From assembly GCA_965216315.1 (NCBI GenBank), contig CBDCFN010000016.1, forward strand, positions 1,088,001 through 1,152,000: a stretch of 64,000 nt of DNA. The letters run 5' to 3'. Source of the DNA: a bacterium (GTDB lineage: Bacteria; UBA10199; 2-02-FULL-50-16; JAJFLM01). Made by a program: the position numbers and the translations under genes. Below the pieces are notes generated by a model that ran no database searches, had not been told where the DNA came from, and saw only the letters and a list, made by a program, of their open reading frames with translations. Below are positions 49,539 to 57,120 of this stretch, one piece after another (within the stretch, counting starts at the first letter, position 1; each line of letters starts with the position of its first letter).

Positions 49539-52268
49539 ATGGCAAAGCTTACTTGTCAGGGCCTCGCCCTGTTGTGTGTTTCCCTTACCTTGATTCTCAC
49601 TTCCTGCCTTAAACCCGCGAATGACAATGATAATAATAAGCCCATTATAAGCGAATCAGCGGACGGTGATCTTGGGGTCGAGGTGAGCGGTCTTCCCGAG
49701 TCGGGTGCGATTGATGTCGATCCTGTGGTTGGAGATGAAGGTGAGGCGAGTAGCCCTCAGGCGACGGTTGTTGAACCTCCCTGCGAATGGCCCGCCGAAG
49801 AGATTTCCTTTGCCGGAAACGCCCCGGTTTACAAGAGTAATGCGGTCGATGAAACCGCTCAGGATCTCTCCACGCAGCTGAGTTGGAACATCACCACCGG
49901 ATGCGCTCCGGATAAAGTTATTATTACAACCCCTCATGGGACGTCCGAGTATGCGGGGGCGCGTGCGCAGAGCTGGAGTAAGGATATCCCCAAACTTGAG
50001 GAGACGACGAGCTATACGCTGGTTATCATTCACAAGAACGAAGTCGTGCATGAAGAATCAGTTGAGATTCCCTTGGTTGTTATGGAGGATAACTTTCAAG
50101 TTTCAGTTACGGCTGTCAACAAGGTAACCGGCAGTCAACATATGAGTTGGACGCCCCAGCAAAATTACCAAGATCCACGCACTTATAAAGTCAGCTATTC
50201 TTTTAGCGCCGAGCTCGATAAGGTCTGTATCCGTTCGCCTCACGGGACGGCGCCGTCGCGCTTTCAGCAGAATAGAAATCTTCGGCCGCAACAACGTCAA
50301 TTGGATCGTCATGATTTCGAGCTCCAGGAAGCGATTATTCAGAATCGCCTGAGCCGCTGGATAGGCGATGCTCTGATTGGCGTTGCTCATGCCGCTCCGC
50401 TCCAAGTTGATCCTCTCTATGCGGCGGTCGTTTGGGTCGATGGAGCGCCCAAGGCACCGACAGTATCGGGATATGAGGAGTGTTTCGGCAAGGATGACTC
50501 CGTGCTCGATGCCCAGGGAAAGAATTACGAGGGTGAGTTCGAATTTGAATTGAATGGCAGTACGGCGATTGAATCCTACGGCATGCTCAATGGCGTCAAA
50601 ATATTTGAAAAGTCAACGCCGCTCAACGTGACGATTGTTAAGCCGTCTTCCGACTTTGCAGCGAAACGCGCGATCCCCGGTGTCGGTGCCAAACACTATG
50701 ATCTCGTCGAGAATGGACTGAGCTCGGTCATCGAATTTAAAGTCGAATTTAGTGATAGCGTGCAGGCCGCGCTCGTAACCGACGTGGCAACGAAGCTGTA
50801 TTCCGAGTCGACTTGGACGGCGAGTGACACGAATATGCAAATCATCAATGGGACCCAGGCCGGTACGTTGCCGGCGGCGAAGTCTGCGGTGTGCGATATC
50901 GATCCCGATGCGGCGTCAACCTCGTCCACAATCAAACCATGCACGGACGCCGGCTTTACAGCCAACTTTATCGATAAAATAAAGACGACTTATCCTAATC
51001 GTCACATGAATGTTTTCAAATTCAATGTTCATGATCTCGCCGAAAGTTACTATTATGCCAAGGCCTCCCAGTTTAAGACCAAGTCTGCCCTGGTCGGTGT
51101 TGGCTATGAAGATTATTTGCAGCAGAGCGAAACGGAAGCGACAGAAATCCCTGAGCCGGGCATTCGCTTTACTCCCACGGCCGAGTACAGCAGTGATTAT
51201 GTTGGAGTCAATAATTTCTGTTCCAATGGTTTTAAGAATACCCTTTTTGCGGGAGCGCAATCCGCAATATTGGCCGGTGAGACGCGCGGCGTTAAATCGA
51301 TGGAAATCCGGCAGACCGGTTGCGATTCCAATCAGGGTAGCACGGATGTTCATCCCTACTATGGTGAACCCGGAGTGATCAATTTTAATTCTAAATGTTT
51401 CTATGACGGGATGAATCCAGGTTACACCGTGACGACAGAAGATCTCCTTGGGAATGAAACGAATACGACCTGCAAATTTAACGTGACGATGTGGGACATC
51501 AAACTGCAGCTGACCAGCAAAACCGATAACCTGCTAGAAGATCGCTATGGCTTTAAGCTTGAAAAAATCGAGCAACCGGGCCCGGATCCGATCAAAGAGC
51601 TTAAAGTTGTCAAAGTTGACAGCCATTGTGGTGGGGCCTTTCTGAATACGGCTGTCAATGTCGAGGATGATCGCGATTACGAGCGTACTTTTGATGTAAC
51701 GAACCAAGGGGTTGATTGTTGGAAGATTGCCGTCCAGGCAAAGACTTACGACGGTTGGAAGTATGTCACTTGGACGACGCATAGCCAGCAGGTCAAAAAT
51801 ACCGGCTACCAATGGCATTCAAAAAGCATTAGCAAAAATACCCGTGGCAATAATGAAACGGCTTTTTTCCCGCCGCGTATGCATATCGATAAGTGGCAAC
51901 GGACATCGAGTCAGTGTTGGAGCACATTTACGTATATTGGTGCTTGCAGCATAGCGTGCACTATCTGGAATGAGAAGATTGATAAGTACGAAGCCGATTA
52001 CAAGCTGAGTGGACGCCATATCGACCGTTTGGAAGTGACCTGCAATCGCGGCTCACTAAGCGGCGTGAGTGTCAGCGGAAGCGACCGAGAGCGCTTTGTG
52101 GATAAGGCTCTCAGCTATAGTTCCAATGCTAACTCGGATGTGCGTACGAAGATTAAATATGATTGTGAAGTGACGGCCACGGGGGTCGGTGATCAGCCTA
52201 AATTAACCCGGTCGTTTGCCCGGTGGGCCAAAGCTGAAGGGAATTCGTGTACGATGGGGAATCAATAA
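49539..52268 (+). CDS. Large Cys-rich lipoprotein, paralog 3
   Basis: ATG 49539 after GGAG; LTS-C lipobox; shares KRAIPGVGAK, KLYSESTWTAS and EKIEQPGPDPIK blocks. Confidence 0.85.
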   Translation: MAKLTCQGLALLCVSLTLILTSCLKPANDNDNNKPIISESADGDLGVEVSGLPESGAIDVDPVVGDEGEASSPQATVVEPPCEWPAEEISFAGNAPVYKSNAVDETAQDLSTQLSWNITTGCAPDKVIITTPHGTSEYAGARAQSWSKDIPKLEETTSYTLVIIHKNEVVHEESVEIPLVVMEDNFQVSVTAVNKVTGSQHMSWTPQQNYQDPRTYKVSYSFSAELDKVCIRSPHGTAPSRFQQNRNLRPQQRQLDRHDFELQEAIIQNRLSRWIGDALIGVAHAAPLQVDPLYAAVVWVDGAPKAPTVSGYEECFGKDDSVLDAQGKNYEGEFEFELNGSTAIESYGMLNGVKIFEKSTPLNVTIVKPSSDFAAKRAIPGVGAKHYDLVENGLSSVIEFKVEFSDSVQAALVTDVATKLYSESTWTASDTNMQIINGTQAGTLPAAKSAVCDIDPDAASTSSTIKPCTDAGFTANFIDKIKTTYPNRHMNVFKFNVHDLAESYYYAKASQFKTKSALVGVGYEDYLQQSETEATEIPEPGIRFTPTAEYSSDYVGVNNFCSNGFKNTLFAGAQSAILAGETRGVKSMEIRQTGCDSNQGSTDVHPYYGEPGVINFNSKCFYDGMNPGYTVTTEDLLGNETNTTCKFNVTMWDIKLQLTSKTDNLLEDRYGFKLEKIEQPGPDPIKELKVVKVDSHCGGAFLNTAVNVEDDRDYERTFDVTNQGVDCWKIAVQAKTYDGWKYVTWTTHSQQVKNTGYQWHSKSISKNTRGNNETAFFPPRMHIDKWQRTSSQCWSTFTYIGACSIACTIWNEKIDKYEADYKLSGRHIDRLEVTCNRGSLSGVSVSGSDRERFVDKALSYSSNANSDVRTKIKYDCEVTATGVGDQPKLTRSFARWAKAEGNSCTMGNQ

Positions 52269-52289
52269 GCGACCGCGCTACGGTCATTA

Positions 52290-52318
52290 GCAACTCCAGC
52301 GGACCCATTGACCGATAA
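52290..52318 (+). promoter_or_regulatory. Recurrent element, long-spacer copy 10 (GCAAC-N17-CCGATAA)
   Basis: GCAAC tccagcggacccattga CCGATAA. Confidence 0.68.
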
Positions 52319-52439
52319 GGGAATGGGTGCGAAATTTTCTACTCGTAAGTTGCATTTAACACCCGATTTGCGTCCTTGATTTCATCATAGAATATCAAAG
52401 GAGGCTATGTAATAATATTCAGGATACTCGGGAGGTTGT

Positions 52440-55190
52440 GTGACGTCGCTACGCTTTTTTATCTTATTATCCCTCATTATGGGCCTTACGGCCTGCTCCG
52501 GTGCGAAAAAATCGGAGGTAAACGATCCGGGGGTGACCGTCAGTCCGGGCGTCGATATTGTCACTCCTGATTCCACGGAAAGTGAGGAGGCGGAAGAAGA
52601 ACCTGCCATCCAACCCGATGCGCCTGCCGCGATTGACCCCGATGAATTTAAGAATGCGATGTTGGTTGCGGACCCCGCCACGGTCTATGTCGGGCAAGGA
52701 GAGGAAGTCAAAAAGACCGGTGGCTCGACGACGCTCAAATGGGGCATTGAGGGTGAATTTGATAAGATCGCCTTCGTGCGTAAGGCGGATCAATCGATTA
52801 TTTTCGAGACGACCCAGGGTTCTTCCGAGAAAGAAACCGGCCTGCTTTATGAAACGACGACGGCCGTCATGAAGGTTAAAAAACAAGGCCAGTGGTTGGA
52901 TGGTCCTGAAGTCGTGATTGAGGTGGAGAAGGTCTCTGACCTCTATCCATTGAACGTTGTTGTGACCCCCTATCCGGGCCGCCTGCCGCCGGGACAGGAT
53001 ACCCGCAAAATGGAAGCGGCTTTTATGGTCGCCAATAATTTTTACGATAAGATCTGTATCAAGGTCGGTTCCCTGAGCAAGCATCAGCCGCCGAATGGCG
53101 GCAAGTTGACGATGTCTTTGATCGGCTTTCAAGTCGTGGTACCGACGGAGCCGTTGTTAGAAGATATCACCAAGTGTTTTGACAAGCCGGCGGACCCGGA
53201 CCAGCCTTTCGTCGGTTCGGTCGAGTTTACGCCCGAGCCGCTGGACGCGGACAAGACGCAAAAAATGGTGCCGGTGCATATCTGGGGGTTTAAGGGCGAA
53301 AAGAAATACTATCAGAATGTCTCGTACGGAGTACTCAGACGGGTGCCGCCCTCGGTCGATCTGCGCGTTGCGCGCACGGTGCCGGGAGGGGACGCGGAGC
53401 TCAAAGATCTTTTTCTGACGGGCTTTACCAACGTGCTTGAAATGCACGTCGAGGCCCAATATCTGCAGGATCTCTACATTGTGACTAATGCGGCGGATAA
53501 ACTGTACAACGAGGCCTATATTCAGGCGGACCCGGTCCATCCGCCCAAGCGAAAAAACGTCAATCCTATTCTCAACGAACACTGTCAGGTCTCTTTGCAA
53601 AAACCGGGCGGCGAGCTTGGTAAAGTCACTAACGCCGGCAATCAGTGTCCCGCTGTCGTCAAGACCGTCTTGGGTCAGCGTATCAAGGGCTATGAAGGTC
53701 TATTCTCCGTGTTTAAAATCAGTAAAGGCGGGGCTGGCGGCGTGATGATGAGCCAAGGGGGTGTCAGCGGCTTGAAGGCGAATACGCAGCCGCAGCAGCA
53801 ACAAGCGGATACGCCGAGCCCGACGCAACTGGCCCTCAACGCGCAAGGGAGTCTGGCTCCGGTCAGGCTCTACGTACCGGCGACGCGTGATTTTAATACC
53901 TTTGTCATGGTCTTAGGCATTGCGGCCGACGATAAGAAGGTCGCTGAGGCGGTGCACGAGGCCCTGCCGACGCCGGACTGGGAAGAGTTGCTCTCGATCC
54001 CCGACGCCGAATGGATGGAGAAGTTTCAGAATCAGGCTCCTTTCGTCGAGTTTAACGTGCTCAACGTCGGCCGAGTCGATAAGGCCAAGGCCGAACACCT
54101 CAACCCCGACAGCTGTTCGGGTGAGCTGGAAGTGAAAACGCCGGCTAACATGAAGAATGCGGTCCGCTTCACTTTGCGTTGTACGGTTACCGGTGACAAG
54201 GAACTTGGCTGGAAGGTGACCGTTCCGACCATATTGGGTGGCGACAAGAAGCAGACGAAGATTATTCGCTATTCGATGCGTGATTGGCGTTTCAAGATCA
54301 AGCTGAAGGAAATCGTCAAACAGGACGGTGCTCCCAAGGGCTTTGATCAGATCACTTGGGAGGTCAAGGCGGATCCGCCGCCTGGAGCGATTGGCGGCGC
54401 GGGCCCGGGCCCGAATCCCTTTGAGAAGATCAGAATGGTTCCCTATCGAATCAGGGAGTACGATACCAATGACCGCTTTTGTACGGGCTGGGATGACGAG
54501 GGTTACAAATTTACCGAGGCCGGTGAGTCGCGACTCTTTACGTTTAAAAATTATGGCTTGAATTGCCATAGCTTTAAGTTGCAAGGGCGCCGCATTGGCA
54601 AGGCGGAGTGGGAGGACTTTCCCGCCAAAGAAGTGTCGAAGGAGTTGCACAAATATGTCACGGAAGGGCCGGGCTCCCTTCACAATTCGACGATAGAGGC
54701 GCGCCCGGCACCGAGCCTTACCTGGAAGGAAGAATCGGTTAATTGTGAGTGGGAAGAAGTTTGCGACGAAGATGATTGTGATAAGTATATGCATGCCTGC
54801 TGGGGGTGTTTCGGGGGGCCCTTGGCATGCGCGATCGCGTGTGGGATAGGTGTTAAAAAGCGCAACGATTGCCGGGACAACATTGAATGTCATCAGGAGC
54901 TTATCGGTGAGCGCAAGGTCAAGATTGAGGCGGAACACATCCAGACGATGAATGTTCTCGCTTTGGAGTCTCCCGACGATCACGATGATATCCAGCATGG
55001 CGGCAGTGACTACTGTGATCTGCTCAATCGAGAGCTCGACGACTATTTGGAGAAGATGGAGTATGTCAAAGACGAATTCTCTCACCCCGCGTTCGAGGAA
55101 GAGTTTGCCTGTAAGCTCTATTTGCGGGGGGCCGGCGGCCATCCCTCGGTTGAGACGGTTGTCTCGTCCGGCAAATGCACTCCAAACTAG
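52440..55190 (+). CDS. Large Cys-rich lipoprotein, divergent paralog 4
   Basis: GGAGG RBS, LTA-C lipobox; remnant shared motifs STTLKW, DKICI, RTVPG, VLE, VTNAADKLY, PGPNP, GLNC. Confidence 0.82.
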   Translation: MTSLRFFILLSLIMGLTACSGAKKSEVNDPGVTVSPGVDIVTPDSTESEEAEEEPAIQPDAPAAIDPDEFKNAMLVADPATVYVGQGEEVKKTGGSTTLKWGIEGEFDKIAFVRKADQSIIFETTQGSSEKETGLLYETTTAVMKVKKQGQWLDGPEVVIEVEKVSDLYPLNVVVTPYPGRLPPGQDTRKMEAAFMVANNFYDKICIKVGSLSKHQPPNGGKLTMSLIGFQVVVPTEPLLEDITKCFDKPADPDQPFVGSVEFTPEPLDADKTQKMVPVHIWGFKGEKKYYQNVSYGVLRRVPPSVDLRVARTVPGGDAELKDLFLTGFTNVLEMHVEAQYLQDLYIVTNAADKLYNEAYIQADPVHPPKRKNVNPILNEHCQVSLQKPGGELGKVTNAGNQCPAVVKTVLGQRIKGYEGLFSVFKISKGGAGGVMMSQGGVSGLKANTQPQQQQADTPSPTQLALNAQGSLAPVRLYVPATRDFNTFVMVLGIAADDKKVAEAVHEALPTPDWEELLSIPDAEWMEKFQNQAPFVEFNVLNVGRVDKAKAEHLNPDSCSGELEVKTPANMKNAVRFTLRCTVTGDKELGWKVTVPTILGGDKKQTKIIRYSMRDWRFKIKLKEIVKQDGAPKGFDQITWEVKADPPPGAIGGAGPGPNPFEKIRMVPYRIREYDTNDRFCTGWDDEGYKFTEAGESRLFTFKNYGLNCHSFKLQGRRIGKAEWEDFPAKEVSKELHKYVTEGPGSLHNSTIEARPAPSLTWKEESVNCEWEEVCDEDDCDKYMHACWGCFGGPLACAIACGIGVKKRNDCRDNIECHQELIGERKVKIEAEHIQTMNVLALESPDDHDDIQHGGSDYCDLLNRELDDYLEKMEYVKDEFSHPAFEEEFACKLYLRGAGGHPSVETVVSSGKCTPN

Positions 55191-55206
55191 GGGTGCCTTA
55201 TATTTA

Positions 55207-55233
55207 GCAACATATTGGCGATGAGGCCGATAA
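55207..55233 (+). promoter_or_regulatory. Recurrent sigma28-like element, copy 11 (GCAAC-N15-CCGATAA)
   Basis: GCAAC atattggcgatgag GCCGATAA: a perfect sigma28 -10 octamer. Confidence 0.78.
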
Positions 55234-55260
55234 TTTGAAATCGGGGCCCGAATAGCGTGC

Positions 55261-56811
55261 TTGGCTATTTTTAGGAGGGCCCCTTTGCCTGCACCGATAG
55301 ACAATTCCCCGTCATTGCAAACTTGGGCGGAACTGGGCCTGGAGGCGAGTCCGGAAGGCTTCATGCAGGAGCACTATGCCTTCACGGTCTGGCCTCAACT
55401 GAGATTCTCTTCATGGCAGCCAGGTCATGACAGCCTCGGACTCTTTGAGCCAAATCTTAGGGCCTCAACTTTCTTCAGTCCATTTTCCGATTACAAGGTG
55501 AGTCTGCGCGGCCACATCGCGAGTGAGGTCCCCTGGTCGGATCCCTATCTGCACATGGAATGGGAAAGTTATCTGGAGGCCGCGGGCGTGACAATTGAGC
55601 GGGATGGCCCTTGGACGCGCTATTTTTACAAGGGGCATATCTTGATGGAGGCCCGGCGAACGGCGTCGGGCCGCAAGTATAGAGTCTATGACACCGCGGG
55701 AGGTCTGCGCGGACAGAAAACGATTGCGATTGAGAAGCCTCCGACGGTGTACGTGTCCGCCCCTGAAAATAAGGATTCATCGACCTGGCGCGTCCAAGTT
55801 TACGGGCGCGAAATTCCGGTTGAGATACCCGAGTCGAATGAGTTGACTCGCCAAGAGCGCGTCGGCGTTCTCATGCGTATCGGGAAGCGCTTGCAGAGCA
55901 TCCCCGAATCACTCCTGGCTCCGCTCCTCGACGGAGCCGGCCGGGAAAAGCCACTTAAAATGAGGGTCGGGACGGTAGATGAGGGTTCAGAGTTGGGTTG
56001 GATCCCAGACGGTCGACGGGATAATGGCAACTATAAAGGGCTGCACAACATCATCTTTTTATCGACTTGGAGGCACCATACTCTCTATCATGAGATCGCC
56101 CACGCCATCGATGATTACGATGTCCCGGATTCAAACTCAACCTATATCTCTGAAAGTTCCCGGAGTGTCATCAGTGAATACTATACCTGGCGCCTGAGCC
56201 AAATCTTTTTATCAAGCGAGTTGGTCGACTACGAAAAATTGATTTCTCGTGATACCGAAGACGATCTCGTCTCATTTCGAAACAGGTCTCGATTTCACTT
56301 TGTCAGTGTCTACGCGGCCGAAGGCAGTCAAGGTGTCTGGAGCCAGATGGATTGGCCGGTCGAATTTCATGCCGAAGGGATGCGAATCTTCTTACAGGCT
56401 CTCAATGGCCAAGTTAGTTGGCGAGATTACGAATCTCGCGAACCGTATTTACGCCTCATCGGACTTGCCTATCTTTTTAAAGAATATAGTGTCGCGAACA
56501 TCGGGACAGTTAAGGCCGATGCCGTCTATTCTAAAGAGAGCTTCCAGGCGGTCTTAGGTGTCGATCTCGATGCAAGCCCACGCATTCGGTCTACATTTGA
56601 TGAGGCCTATACGGACTACGATGCGCGGATTAGCCGCGATCCAAATGATGCGTTTGCCTTATATAATCGCGGGGCGACCCATTACCGTGAGGGCCGAATC
56701 GTTGAGGCCTATGAGGATATTCAGCGTGCCCATCAGCTTGACTCGCAATTTGAAGCGCCTTGGTGGTTGAAGTGGCAACGCGATAATCTTACAGCTCATT
56801 GGCCGTTTTGA
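55261..56811 (+). CDS. Putative zinc metallopeptidase (HExxH...E, lethal-factor/M34-like) with C-terminal TPR
   Basis: YHEIAHAID, then VSVYA and EFHAE; TPR ALYNRGATHYREGRIVEAYEDIQRAHQLD. Start codon uncertain. Confidence 0.65.
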   Translation: MAIFRRAPLPAPIDNSPSLQTWAELGLEASPEGFMQEHYAFTVWPQLRFSSWQPGHDSLGLFEPNLRASTFFSPFSDYKVSLRGHIASEVPWSDPYLHMEWESYLEAAGVTIERDGPWTRYFYKGHILMEARRTASGRKYRVYDTAGGLRGQKTIAIEKPPTVYVSAPENKDSSTWRVQVYGREIPVEIPESNELTRQERVGVLMRIGKRLQSIPESLLAPLLDGAGREKPLKMRVGTVDEGSELGWIPDGRRDNGNYKGLHNIIFLSTWRHHTLYHEIAHAIDDYDVPDSNSTYISESSRSVISEYYTWRLSQIFLSSELVDYEKLISRDTEDDLVSFRNRSRFHFVSVYAAEGSQGVWSQMDWPVEFHAEGMRIFLQALNGQVSWRDYESREPYLRLIGLAYLFKEYSVANIGTVKADAVYSKESFQAVLGVDLDASPRIRSTFDEAYTDYDARISRDPNDAFALYNRGATHYREGRIVEAYEDIQRAHQLDSQFEAPWWLKWQRDNLTAHWPF

Positions 56812-56821
56812 TATAAAATAC

Positions 56822-56860
56822 TGTTACTGCGAGTCGGCTAAAAGCCGACGTGGCAATCTC
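56822..56860. repeat. Palindromic element remnant
   Basis: TGTTACTGCGA-[GTCGGCT AAA AGCCGAC]-GTGGCAATCTC; 7-bp perfect stem. Confidence 0.4.
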
Positions 56861-57013
56861 ACGAGTGTAAGCGGGCGATGACACTCCAGGTTATGACATT
56901 AGTTGAAATGTTCTAGGATTTCGGTCTCTTGCGCTTCGGCGGCTTAACTCCAAGGAAATATGCAAGTGATATGATATGCTGCGCACGTTGTTGTGTCCTT
57001 TCGGAAATTTGCC

Positions 57014-57041
57014 TTGCAGTTTTTGCCTTCCCTGCTATAAA
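57014..57041 (+). promoter_or_regulatory. sigma70-like promoter of lysS operon
   Basis: TTGCAG-N16-TATAAA with extended TG. Confidence 0.45.
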
Positions 57042-57120
57042 GCGAAGTTCAGTTTTCGTAAATAATTCAGTTATTTAAGGGATTTATGGGGTCAGCCATC
57101 GCGCCTCTCTATCAGCTGTT

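Noticed and set aside
52398..52415. AAGGAGG-ct-ATG TAA TAA minimal ORF in the paralog 4 leader
   Set aside because: SD-to-ATG spacing of 2 nt is too short, and it occurs only once.
53913..55364. 483 aa antisense ORF
   Set aside because: Shadow of lipoprotein 4; no motifs, and it would overlap two plus-strand genes and a promoter.
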